Source: Gammaproteobacteria bacterium (lineage in GTDB: Bacteria > Pseudomonadota > Gammaproteobacteria > GCA-001735895). From it: DNA of 62,864 bases. Below the pieces are notes generated by a model. The model searched no databases. It worked only from the letters and a program-made list of their open reading frames with translations, and was not told the origin of the DNA. A program made the translations under genes and the position numbers. Positions 43,655 to 52,726 of the stretch are shown here, one piece after another. The DNA is taken from positions 1 to 62,864 of the forward strand of contig JBNKPX010000005.1 in NCBI GenBank assembly GCA_050295575.1. Reading direction: 5' to 3'. Positions within the stretch are counted from its first letter, which is position 1, and each line of letters starts with the position of its first letter.

Positions 43655-44143
43655 GAATAGCAGAGCTTGTACAGGTTTGTAATTGCTTAAAAGCGGCATC
43701 AATAATCCAGCTGCCGACTGCCATAATAATTCCTGTTTCTTCAGCCATGGGGATGAAGCTCGCCAGGTTGATCATGCCTTTTCGGAATCGCTCCAGCAGA
43801 ATAATGCCTCTGCTTTGTGCTGGGCTCCAGTTTGCAGATTGATGATAGCTTGATCGTACAGTTCAAAATGAAGCTGGACGATGGCCTGATGCAGACTGGC
43901 GGTGATTTGTACCCGCTGTAAAGCCGGTTTCTGGTATTCAGGGGAAATATGAAATGCGATTTCCCCCATCCTGTTTGGATAGATAGATTAATCTGCGAAT
44001 ATCAGAATCTCATCAGCATTGCTGGCATCATGCGGATCGTTAGCAATGCCTATACTGGCTGATATATGTACTATCGCCAGTTTTTCTACCTCTGATAACC
44101 CTGAAATTTTCAAGGTATTGCTTAAGCAGGGCTAGATGCAGAG
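43655..44143 (-). pseudogene. Decayed remnant of a GGDEF-EAL gene (end of GGDEF plus first ~95 aa of EAL; stops and frameshifts; both ends deleted)
   Basis: Minus-strand pieces read ...LKISGLSEVEKLAIVHISASIGIANDPHDASNADEILIFAD* (GGDEF end), KQDGGNRISYFP* in another frame, SPEYQKPALQRVQITASLHQAIVQLHFELYDQAIINLQTGAQHKAEALFCW...* (EAL start, ELYYQP / EALxRW-like), then INLASFIPMAEETGIIMAVGSWIIDAAFKQL in a third frame. Homology ends just before the HDOD start. Confidence 0.8.
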
Positions 44144-44144
44144 G

Positions 44145-45017
44145 CTATTTGAAGATAACAGTTTTATTTCCATCCAGGAAAACCCGGTGTTCGATATGCA
44201 AACGTACTGCCTTTGCCAGGGCAACGGTTTCGGTATCCCTGCCTATTGCTACTAGCATGTCAGGGCTATAGGTATGGTCTACCTGTTGCACCGATTGTTC
44301 GATGATTGGGCCTTCATCGAGATCTGAAGTGACATAGTGTGCGGTTGCTCCAATCAGCTTTACACCACGGTCATAGGCCTGATGATAAGGTTTGGCACCC
44401 TTGAATCCTGGCAGGAAGGAGTGATGGATATTGATTGCACGGCCATTCAGTTCCTTGCACAGCTTATCGGACAATATTTGCATATAGCGTGCTAGCACCA
44501 CAAGGTCGGTCTGGGTCTCTTCTACGATTTCGAGTAAGGTTTTTTCCTGTTCAGATTTATTATCCTTATTCACCGGTAAATAAACAAAACGGATGCCCTC
44601 ACGCTCTACCATGGGGCGCAGATCTTTATGGTTAGAAACCACGGCAGTTATTTCCATCGGCAGTTCGCCTTTGTGTAGGCGGTATAACAGATCATCCAGG
44701 CAATGATCGAACTTGCTCACCATAATTAATACCTTGCTCAGTGAAGAGCGGTCGAAGATCTGCCATTGCATAGCAAACTGTTCAGCGACCTGAGGGAACT
44801 CCTGTTTTATATCTTCAATGGAGTAGTTGTCACTCTCAATACGGCACACGGCACGCATAAAGAATTGACCGGTGTTTTCATCATCAAATTGATTCAATTC
44901 AGACAGATAACAGCCTCGGGAGCTGAGATAACTGGTGACGCTAGCCACAATGCCACGGGTTGCATGACAGGTTGCCTTGAGGATGAATTGTTTGGTGGTT
45001 GTTAGGGATTCTGACAT
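44145..45017 (-). CDS. purU: Formyltetrahydrofolate deformylase
   Basis: ACT-like N-terminus plus formyltransferase core INIHHSFLPGFKGAKPYHQAYDRGVKLIGATAHYVTSDLDEGPII. Confidence 0.92.
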   Translation of the reverse strand: MSESLTTTKQFILKATCHATRGIVASVTSYLSSRGCYLSELNQFDDENTGQFFMRAVCRIESDNYSIEDIKQEFPQVAEQFAMQWQIFDRSSLSKVLIMVSKFDHCLDDLLYRLHKGELPMEITAVVSNHKDLRPMVEREGIRFVYLPVNKDNKSEQEKTLLEIVEETQTDLVVLARYMQILSDKLCKELNGRAINIHHSFLPGFKGAKPYHQAYDRGVKLIGATAHYVTSDLDEGPIIEQSVQQVDHTYSPDMLVAIGRDTETVALAKAVRLHIEHRVFLDGNKTVIFK

Positions 45018-45300
45018 TTCTTAGTAAGTATTTAGCAGGTGCTCAGGGGGGTGGATGATAATATGTTCAGAGCAAATTACCAATAGCTAATTTACCAATA
45101 GCTAATAATGCAAAAAGACTCTGTGTAGGGGGGGGCGCAAATTCAATTAGAGCTTCTGAGGTATTGAGGTGTGAGTCAAAATCACCGCTTATCAGAGCTT
45201 ACTTACTTGATATGGATTATATTTTCACAGGCCAGTTTGCAATTGCTTAGTGCTTAAGTAAAAGAAAATGCTGGAGGTTAGTGTTTGGTAGGGAAATAAG

Positions 45301-45322
45301 CCGGGCCCGATCTCTGGCCCGG
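45301..45322 (-). terminator. GC-rich hairpin downstream of the DUF3592 gene
   Basis: CCGGGCC-cgatctct-GGCCCGG about 45 nt after the minus-strand stop at 45365, followed on that strand by CTTATTTCCC. Confidence 0.45.
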
Positions 45323-45364
45323 GCCAATAGTTTTAGCTATCTCAGGGTGTCTGATAGAAGTCGT

Positions 45365-46444
45365 TCAGACCCCTTCCTGTTGAGGCTTTACCCAGCTTTT
45401 TGTTTCAGTAGGATCGAGCAGGCGCGAAAAGATCGTGGGTATGACCCAGGCAATACCAATAAATCCGAGTACCAGCTGTATTAAAAGCATATTGACAAAA
45501 TACCCGATCAAAAAGATGGCTAACAATGTCAGGGCTGCGGGGATGGTGGCCCCTAAGCGTGATTTTTGATCTAACTGATAATTAAGTTCTTTAGGTATCT
45601 GGAGTTTTATTATTTCCAGTGCATGGGCCTTAATAGCCTGATTTAGAAATTCAATCGAATGTGTTTTGTCTTCATATTCAATATAAATAATGTCGGAGTT
45701 GTGATTGCTGCTTAGTTCAGTGATCTGTTGCAGAGGTATACGATTAATCTCTTTGGGTTTACTGATCGAAATGAGTTCATCCAGTGCTTTATCTTCCTGA
45801 TAGGCCTGCTGGACTTTTGACGATACGCGTTTATCAAAAGCGAAATACACCAGCTCATCCTGATCCAGATAGACAATGTATTTGTCATCGATATCCAGCC
45901 AGGACTGGTCATTATAAAAACCTGGTACCAGTTTCTTTTTCGACTCTCTGACAAAAATAAAAGATAGTAAATAGTATAAAAAAAGAGAGGCAGGTGCCGT
46001 ATAAGGGGCTGCGCTAAGCATGTTGCCAAGAGTAGTATTGCTGGCAATCGTCGATTCGATATTAGCCCGGGCATCATTGAGTAGGGGATCGCTGGATGCA
46101 TACCAGACAATTAAGGAGTCACCCGGTTGCAGACTGGAATACAGGGAGTGATCCACTTCTATGGTATTTTCAAATTTCTCCTGACCGATTTCAAAAGTAT
46201 AAGAAATCATATAGATAGTAGTAGAGCGCTTGCGGCCCTTAAGATTACGGTATTCATCCTCTTCGGTGCTGAGATCCATTACCAGTGCTGTTACCTGCTG
46301 GTGGTCATCAATCCATTGATAAATAGTGTTTTTAAAGTGAGCAGCTACTATAGATCCAACGTAGGTAGCAACTAAAAAGATAATGAATGAAAGGATACGA
46401 ACAATTTTTTTACGCTTTTGTCCGGGTGATTGAAGTTTTGGCAT
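45365..46444 (-). CDS. Membrane protein with N-terminal DUF3592-like domain
   Basis: N-terminal TM, then VTALVMDLSTEEDEYRNLKGRKRSTTIYMISYTFEIGQEKFENTIEVDHSLYSSLQPGDSLIVWY (DUF3592-like beta-rich module), with further TM segments in the middle and at the C-terminus. Confidence 0.55.
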   Translation of the reverse strand: MPKLQSPGQKRKKIVRILSFIIFLVATYVGSIVAAHFKNTIYQWIDDHQQVTALVMDLSTEEDEYRNLKGRKRSTTIYMISYTFEIGQEKFENTIEVDHSLYSSLQPGDSLIVWYASSDPLLNDARANIESTIASNTTLGNMLSAAPYTAPASLFLYYLLSFIFVRESKKKLVPGFYNDQSWLDIDDKYIVYLDQDELVYFAFDKRVSSKVQQAYQEDKALDELISISKPKEINRIPLQQITELSSNHNSDIIYIEYEDKTHSIEFLNQAIKAHALEIIKLQIPKELNYQLDQKSRLGATIPAALTLLAIFLIGYFVNMLLIQLVLGFIGIAWVIPTIFSRLLDPTETKSWVKPQQEGV

Positions 46445-46610
46445 GACATCATTCCCTGATATGTTATGAATAGTTCAATTGAGATTAGTAGATATCTGGA
46501 TAGTGTCAAGCTAACAGAGCAAAACGGGTATAACCGCTTAGAGCCTGTTAACACTTTTATCAAACTGTAATAATTACTTAATAAGCTTACGGCATATAAA
46601 TGATTAAAGT

Positions 46611-48368
46611 GTGACTGACATGATCAATGTCGAAGCAATGCTGGATAATTTCTTACCAGATTTTAGAAACAAAAAGAAACGTCTGTATAAAACCACAGTA
46701 ACGGTATTAAAAAAGATTCTACATCAGGATGAGATCAACCAGTTTATCGATACCCATAGACACCTTGAAGGCTTAGAGTTTCTGGATGCGGTACTGGATC
46801 ATTTTGATTTTAAATATAGCCTGTCCAATCGTGATCGTGCCAATATACCTGCGCAGGGACGGGTCATTATCGTAGCCAATCACCCGCTGGGTTCGTTGGA
46901 TGGGCTGGCACTATTGAAAATGATTGCCGAGATCCGACCCGATGTGAAAATTGTCGCGACCAACGTGTTGAGTCAGGTCAAGCCACTGGAGAACCTGTTT
47001 CTCAGTGTAGATAACCTGTCCACTAAAGCAAATCATATCGCAGGCCTGAAAAAGATTTTGTCTACCTTGCGGCAGGAGCAGGCGGTGATTATGTTCCCGA
47101 CTGGAGAAGTATCTCGCATACGTCCACAGGGTGTACGTGATGGTAAGTGGAAAACAGGTTTTGTCAGTATGGCTTATAAGACCAGTTCGCCGGTAGTTCC
47201 TGTGTATATCAATGGGAAAAATTCCACCCTGTTTTACAGCATGTCTACTCTGTATAAACCGCTGGGCACCCTGATGCTGGTGATGGAAATGTTTAATAAA
47301 CAGGATCAGGAAATTTCATTTCGTGTTGGAAAACCAATCCCGGTTGATTCAATGAGGTTGCTGGATCTGCCGCCTAAAAAAATCGCAAAGCGGATGCGTA
47401 AGCAGGTTTATCGCCTGGCAAAAAATTATAAGAAGCCCCTGTTCGAAACCATTGAGAATATCGTACATCCGGTAAACCGTAAAAGTATCCGAGATGAGTT
47501 AAAACAATCTGAATTCCTCGGGGCTACCCAGGATGGAATGGAAATCTATCTGTTTGATTACCGCTCTAACTCTAGTGTGATCCGTGAAATAGGCAGGCTT
47601 AGAGAGCTGTCGTTTCGACAGGTACATGAGGGTACCGGTAAACCCATCGATATCGATGAGTTCGACCGTTATTATCGCCATCTGGTGTTATGGGATGATA
47701 AACAGCTGGAGATCGTCGGCACTTACCGTATCGGTGAAGGTATGCATATTCTGGCGCAACAGGGAGTACAGGGCTTTTATACCAATACCCTGTTTGAGTT
47801 GCAGGGAGGCATGGTGAGTTATCTGGAAAAGTCAATCGAGCTGGGACGTAGCTTTATCCAGCCGCGTTACTGGGGTAAGCGAAGTCTTGATTATCTGTGG
47901 TATGGCATAGGTGCTTATCTGCAAAGACATCCGCAGGTTGAGTATATGATTGGGCCGGTGACCCTGAGTGCCTCCTATCCAGAGGCCGCCAGGCATGAAA
48001 TAGTAAACTTCTACCAACAGCTATTTGGCTATAGCAATAATCTGGTTAAACCCAGATTGCCTTATGACTACCCTGTTAGCAGTGACTATGCTGAGTTTCA
48101 GCATGTTAAAGATGAATCAGATTATAAACAGGCTTATTCACGTATGAAAGTTAAGCTGGATAAGTTAGGGGTCAGAGTACCACCTCTATTTAAACAGTAT
48201 GTTGAGCTATGTAAGCCGGGTGGTTGTGAATTTCTGGGATTCAATGTTGATCCTGAATTTTCAAACTGTGTTGATGCGATGATACTGGTACATATTGATG
48301 CGGTTTATGAAAAAAAGCGTGATCGATATATTAATGTTCATAGTGCAAAGGTTGAGCAGGCGGCATAG
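46611..48368 (+). CDS. Bifunctional acyltransferase, OlsF-like (PlsC-type lysolipid acyltransferase domain fused to an OlsB/GNAT-like N-acyltransferase domain)
   Basis: N-terminal half: IIVANHPLGSLDG ... MFPTGEVSR (acyltransferase blocks). C-terminal half: LRELSFRQVHEGTGKPIDIDEFDRYYRHLVLWD (hemolysin/OlsB-like N-acyltransferase pattern). The ~585-aa size fits OlsF. Start is GTG 46611 or ATG 46620. Confidence 0.65.
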   Translation: MTDMINVEAMLDNFLPDFRNKKKRLYKTTVTVLKKILHQDEINQFIDTHRHLEGLEFLDAVLDHFDFKYSLSNRDRANIPAQGRVIIVANHPLGSLDGLALLKMIAEIRPDVKIVATNVLSQVKPLENLFLSVDNLSTKANHIAGLKKILSTLRQEQAVIMFPTGEVSRIRPQGVRDGKWKTGFVSMAYKTSSPVVPVYINGKNSTLFYSMSTLYKPLGTLMLVMEMFNKQDQEISFRVGKPIPVDSMRLLDLPPKKIAKRMRKQVYRLAKNYKKPLFETIENIVHPVNRKSIRDELKQSEFLGATQDGMEIYLFDYRSNSSVIREIGRLRELSFRQVHEGTGKPIDIDEFDRYYRHLVLWDDKQLEIVGTYRIGEGMHILAQQGVQGFYTNTLFELQGGMVSYLEKSIELGRSFIQPRYWGKRSLDYLWYGIGAYLQRHPQVEYMIGPVTLSASYPEAARHEIVNFYQQLFGYSNNLVKPRLPYDYPVSSDYAEFQHVKDESDYKQAYSRMKVKLDKLGVRVPPLFKQYVELCKPGGCEFLGFNVDPEFSNCVDAMILVHIDAVYEKKRDRYINVHSAKVEQAA

Positions 48369-48385
48369 TGAAGTTCTGATTAATT

Positions 48386-48541
48386 CATCATCTACCTCGT
48401 TCCAACGCAGACGTCTACAGGGATAATGTAGGTGTTAAGGCGAAGCACGACTTCAGGGAAGAAGGAGGTAGAGCGAAGCAGGATGCCAGAGCCGAAGATG
48501 CCAGAGCCGAGGATGCCAGAGCCGAGCATGGGAACGAGGTG
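48386..48541. repeat. Intergenic element related to the interior of the 3969-4266 insertion, bounded by a 10-bp inverted repeat and containing a 3 x 15-bp tandem
   Basis: ACCTCGTTCC ... GGAACGAGGT inverted repeat. Shared core GGCGAAGCACGAC...GGAGGTAGAGCGAAGCAGGATGC. RGATGCCAGAGCCGA appears x3 at 48481-48525, versus one unit at the 4.1-kb copy. Confidence 0.65.
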
Positions 48542-48644
48542 AAAAAACACAGCGATATGGGTATTTGTTTCTCACTTTATCTGAAGCTATTAAAGCCACT
48601 CAAATAAGAAGCTTAGCGAATAAATGTGATACCCCGTTTAGCTT

Positions 48645-48700
48645 CTGTAACACAATCTTAATCTTTCCATAATATTTCCGTCACATTTGAAGACTAAAGT
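48645..48700 (+). promoter_or_regulatory. Pho-box-like promoter of the phn operon
   Basis: Four 7-mers phased every 11 bp: CTGTAAC(48645) acaa TCTTAAT cttt CCATAAT attt CCGTCAC(48678). The outer two match CTGTCAT 5/7. TAAAGT, a -10-like hexamer, lies 10 nt downstream at 48695-48700. This supports the phnC start at 48729. Confidence 0.5.
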
Positions 48701-48728
48701 CTGCCCCATCAATTTTTCGGAAACTGAA

Positions 48729-49571
48729 ATGTCTGAAGCCATTAAAATTTCATCACTGTCCAAGACCTTTAGCAAGAAGATTGCGCTTGATGATATATCT
48801 ATACAGATAGCTGAAGGCGAAATTGTAGCTCTAATCGGTCCCAGTGGATCAGGCAAGTCAACACTGTTGCGTCACATTGCAGGACTTGAAGCTTCTGACA
48901 GAAATTTTAGCACTGAAATTATTGTAGATGGTTCACCAGTACAGAAAAATGGAAGGCTTGCAAAAGGTGCCAGAAAGGCTCGCGTTAAAATCGGACTTAT
49001 ATTTCAGCAGTTTAATTTAATCAATCGCCTGAATGTACTTACCAATGTATTGATTGGTTGTCTGGGTAGCATTCCTGCATGGCGTGGCACCTTAGGTCTT
49101 TTCACTGAAGAAGAAAAGATGAGAGCGTTAAAGGCACTTGATCGTGTCGGATTGAAGGATATTGCTTTTCAGCGAGCTTCTACGTTATCTGGTGGACAGC
49201 AACAACGCGTAGCTATTGCACGTAGTTTAATGCAGCAGGCTAATGTAATACTGGCCGACGAGCCAATCGCATCTCTGGATCCAAAATCAGCCAAAACTGT
49301 CATGCGATATCTACGTGATATCAATAAACACGACGGCAAGTCAGTGGTCGTTACCCTTCATCAGGTGGATTATGCGCGTAAATATTGTAAGCGTGTCATA
49401 GCGCTTGTGGATGGAAAAATTGCTTTTGATGGAAAGGCTAAAGAGCTAACCGAAAAGGTTTTGGAAAAGCTCTATGGCACAGCAATGTCAGATGACGATG
49501 AAGAAGTCATTGTCGAGCAACAAAACCCAGCCTACCCAACAGCAAACTTAATAGCTGGTCTGTCAGGCTAA
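48729..49571 (+). CDS. phnC: Phosphonate ABC transporter ATP-binding protein
   Basis: Walker [10 protein letters not shown], signature [13 protein letters not shown], Walker B ILADEP. First gene of the phn cluster. The ATG at 48729 is preferred over 48687. Confidence 0.9.
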   Translation: MSEAIKISSLSKTFSKKIALDDISIQIAEGEIVALIGPSGSGKSTLLRHIAGLEASDRNFSTEIIVDGSPVQKNGRLAKGARKARVKIGLIFQQFNLINRLNVLTNVLIGCLGSIPAWRGTLGLFTEEEKMRALKALDRVGLKDIAFQRASTLSGGQQQRVAIARSLMQQANVILADEPIASLDPKSAKTVMRYLRDINKHDGKSVVVTLHQVDYARKYCKRVIALVDGKIAFDGKAKELTEKVLEKLYGTAMSDDDEEVIVEQQNPAYPTANLIAGLSG

Positions 49572-49598
49572 CAATTATTTAATCAACTGGAGAACTTT

Positions 49599-50609
49599 AT
49601 GTTTCGTAAATTTATCAAGCCCGCCATAGCCGCGGCTGCTATCACCGCCTCAGTGATGATGCCGAGTGCTTCATTCGCAGACAGCAAAACCTTGAACTTC
49701 GGTATTATATCAACCGAATCATCTCAAAATCTGCGCGCAATCTGGAACCCTTTCCTGGAAGATATGGGTAAAAAACTGGGTGTAAAGGTTAAAGCGTTTT
49801 TCGCACCTGACTATGCCGGTATCATCGAAGGTATGCGTTTTAACAAGGTTGACGTTGCCTGGTACGGAAATAAATCTGCTATGGAAGCGGTTGATCGTGC
49901 AGGCGGCGAAATCTTTGCACAGACTGTAGATGTTGAAGGTAATCCTGGTTACTGGTCATTGCTGGTTACACACAAGGATAGCAATATCAATTCAGTAGAC
50001 GATATGCTGAAGCACTCAAAGGAGCTGGTTTTTGGTAATGGTGATCCTAATTCAACCTCTGGCTTCCTGGTGCCTTCATACTATATTTTTGCCAGGAACA
50101 ATGTTGATCCGAAGAAGGCGTTCAAGCGCGTACTGAATTCAAACCATCAGACTAATCTGCTGGCCGCTGCTAGCAAGCAGGTAGATGTAGCCACCAACAA
50201 TACTGAAAACTTCCGACGTCTTGAAGAAACCCATCCTGATAAGGTTAAGAATATCAAGGTTATCTGGAAATCTCCTTTGATTCCTTCTGACCCTATCGTA
50301 TGGCGCAAGAATATGGACGAAGGTCTCAAGCACAAGATTTTTGATTTTTTCATGACTTACGGTACTAAAAGTGCAAAGGAAAAAGAAGTTCTGGCTGCTT
50401 TGCAATGGGCTCCATTTAGCGCATCCAGCAACGATCAGCTGATTCCTATCCGTCAGCTGGTACTGTTCAAAAAGCGTGTAAAGCTAGAAGCAGATAGCAA
50501 ATATTCTGCCAGCGAAAGGAAAGCAAAGCTTGCTGAAATCGATGATCAATTAAACATGCTAAAGCGTCGCTCTGCAGCACTAAAGGCCTTCGCAGCTAAA
50601 AATTCATAA
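49599..50609 (+). CDS. phnD: Phosphonate ABC transporter periplasmic substrate-binding protein
   Basis: Signal peptide, then LNFGIISTESSQNL ... YGNKSAMEA ... GDPNSTSGFLVP, as in PhnD. Confidence 0.9.
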   Translation: MFRKFIKPAIAAAAITASVMMPSASFADSKTLNFGIISTESSQNLRAIWNPFLEDMGKKLGVKVKAFFAPDYAGIIEGMRFNKVDVAWYGNKSAMEAVDRAGGEIFAQTVDVEGNPGYWSLLVTHKDSNINSVDDMLKHSKELVFGNGDPNSTSGFLVPSYYIFARNNVDPKKAFKRVLNSNHQTNLLAAASKQVDVATNNTENFRRLEETHPDKVKNIKVIWKSPLIPSDPIVWRKNMDEGLKHKIFDFFMTYGTKSAKEKEVLAALQWAPFSASSNDQLIPIRQLVLFKKRVKLEADSKYSASERKAKLAEIDDQLNMLKRRSAALKAFAAKNS

Positions 50610-50637
50610 AGTCATTTGTTTGTCCCTGACGGATATT

Positions 50638-50659
50638 CCGGGTCGTTTTTACGACCCGG
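50638..50659 (+). terminator. Intra-operon hairpin after phnD (possible attenuator or mRNA stabiliser)
   Basis: CCGGGTCGT-tttt-ACGACCCGG followed by TCATTTT, located in the 135-nt phnD-phnE gap. Confidence 0.5.
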
Positions 50660-50744
50660 TCATTTTAGTCATTTCATCAAAGGCTGCGAACTGGCGGACT
50701 TTAATTAAATGAAAACCCAACTACGAATTCATTAGGCCAATATC

Positions 50745-51533
50745 ATGAGTGAAGTACTCGAATTTAAAAAACCACAGCAACGTAGTTCAATGCTTAACCT
50801 GATCGCATGGGCTGGGGTTTTAATGTTGCTGGGCTGGTCCTGGGAGGGGGCAGAAATGAATCCCTGGGCGCTGGTTGAATACAGCGGCAATATGCTGGAG
50901 TTGAGTGCTGATTTTTTTCCACCTAATCTGCATGACTGGGAGCTGTATGTTCAGGAAATGATTGTCACGATCCAGATTGCAATCTGGGGAACGGTACTGG
51001 CGATTATCGCAGCAGTACCCTTTGGGATTATGTCTTCAGAAAATCTCATGCCGTGGTGGATCTCCCAGCCCACAAGACGACTGATGGATTCAGCCCGAGC
51101 CATCAATGAAATGGTATTCGCGATGCTGTTTGTCGTCGCCGTGGGACTGGGACCTTTTGCAGGTGTGATGGCATTGTTCGTACACACCACAGGTATTCTG
51201 GCGAAGCTGTTTTCAGAAGCCGTTGAAGCCATAGAGCCTGGCCCCGTTGAAGGTGTGCGTGCAACCGGTGCTACCGCTATACAGGAAATTATTTATGGGG
51301 TCATTCCGCAGGTATTGCCGTTATGGATTTCATTCTCGCTATATCGTTTCGAGTCTAATGTTCGATCTGCCACTGTACTGGGTATGGTGGGTGGCGGTGG
51401 TATCGGCGTTATCCTGTGGGAGAGTATTCGCGGCTTTATGTTTCAGGAAACCTGTACCGTGATACTGATCATTATCGTATCGGTAACCTTGCTCGACCTG
51501 CTGTCACAACAGTTACGCAAAATGGTGATTTAA
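50745..51533 (+). CDS. phnE: Phosphonate ABC transporter permease
   Basis: Multi-TM protein with the conserved [16 protein letters not shown] permease loop. Position is between phnD and phnG. Confidence 0.9.
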   Translation: MSEVLEFKKPQQRSSMLNLIAWAGVLMLLGWSWEGAEMNPWALVEYSGNMLELSADFFPPNLHDWELYVQEMIVTIQIAIWGTVLAIIAAVPFGIMSSENLMPWWISQPTRRLMDSARAINEMVFAMLFVVAVGLGPFAGVMALFVHTTGILAKLFSEAVEAIEPGPVEGVRATGATAIQEIIYGVIPQVLPLWISFSLYRFESNVRSATVLGMVGGGGIGVILWESIRGFMFQETCTVILIIIVSVTLLDLLSQQLRKMVI

Positions 51534-51977
51534 ATGAATACTCAACAACGACAACAACTGCTCTCGGTACTGGCCAAATCATCTCTGCAGGATATCAAGC
51601 AGTGTTGGGATCACTCTCTGGATGACTACGAATATAGCACGCTACGACAGCCACAGACGGGTATGGTGATGGCGGTAGCCAGAACTGAAGCCAAAGGCGA
51701 ACCCTTTAATCTGGGTGAGATTAGCGTCACACGCTGTGCGTTGAGGCTGAGCAGTGGCGAAACTGGTATTGGTTATGTGATGGGTAGTAATAAGGAACAT
51801 GCGCTGCACGTTGCGATGCTGGATGCTGTTGCGCAACAACACAATCAGTACACAGAGATACATACTCAGGTTATTCAGCCGCTACAGCAAAAGCTATTAC
51901 AGACACATCAGGCTCAACAGCAAAAAACAGATACAAGTCGGGTGGATTTTTTCACTATGGTTAGAGGAGAAGATTAA
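51534..51977 (+). CDS. phnG: C-P lyase core complex subunit PhnG
   Basis: LSVLAKS..., GMVMAVARTEAKGEPFNLGEISVTRCALRL and GYVMGSNKEHA parallel E. coli PhnG blocks. Abuts the phnE stop. Confidence 0.88.
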   Translation: MNTQQRQQLLSVLAKSSLQDIKQCWDHSLDDYEYSTLRQPQTGMVMAVARTEAKGEPFNLGEISVTRCALRLSSGETGIGYVMGSNKEHALHVAMLDAVAQQHNQYTEIHTQVIQPLQQKLLQTHQAQQQKTDTSRVDFFTMVRGED

Positions 51978-52582
51978 TGAATAATATTCAGTCACAGGTT
52001 CAAGCTGGATTTACAAATCCCGTTTATGATTCTCAGAGCATCTTTCGCCTGTTATTAAAAGGCATGGCTGAGCCGGGCCTGATCGCAGGTCTGTATGATG
52101 TGCCGGATTTTCCAGTTGGCCTGAATACCGCAAGTTATGCGGTGGCTCTGGCGCTGTTTGATCAGGATACTTCTATTAATTTGGCGGCATCGCTACAACA
52201 GGATGAGATTAAAGCTTCGTTACGCTTCCACACGGCGGCTGATCTGGTGGATAGTTGCGATATGGCTGATTTTGTAATCTGCAACGAATCCGATCGGCCC
52301 GATCTTGATCAACTCAATGCAGGTACTGAAACCTATCCGGATCAATCCTGCACCCTGATTATTCAATGTGAATCCTTTTTTAAGGGGATTATCTACCGAG
52401 CTACTGGCCCGGGCATTGAAACCTCGCGCAAGATTCGCTGTAGTGGCTTTAATGGAACATTACTGCATCAACGTGAAAGCCTGGCTGCTCAATTCCCGCT
52501 GGGTATAGATTTGATTCTTACCTGTGGGCGCGAATTTTTCTGTATTCCTCGGACCACAAAACTATTGATCGAGAATAACTGA
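51977..52582 (+). CDS. phnH: C-P lyase core complex subunit PhnH
   Basis: FTNPVYDSQSIFRLLLKGMAEPG is the PhnH signature start. Overlaps the phnG stop by 1 nt. Confidence 0.88.
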   Translation: MNNIQSQVQAGFTNPVYDSQSIFRLLLKGMAEPGLIAGLYDVPDFPVGLNTASYAVALALFDQDTSINLAASLQQDEIKASLRFHTAADLVDSCDMADFVICNESDRPDLDQLNAGTETYPDQSCTLIIQCESFFKGIIYRATGPGIETSRKIRCSGFNGTLLHQRESLAAQFPLGIDLILTCGREFFCIPRTTKLLIENN

Positions 52583-52726
52583 TGGGAACCTCCAAAAATT
52601 GTCTTTTTCCGCGATTGCGGCGTCAGCTCCGTACTCGAATCCTCATGTATGCTTTTATACATTGCGGTTCTCCGTGCGGTGCTTCCTTGCACTCACAAAA
52701 AAATCCTAATTTTTAGAGGTACCCAA

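Noticed and set aside
46545-46582. Pho box upstream of the OlsF-like gene.
   Set aside because: CTGTTAA and CTGTAAT are 20 bp apart rather than 11 or 22. The second half-site of the better box is poor, and the implied -10 lies too close to the start codon. It is mentioned only as a weak lead.
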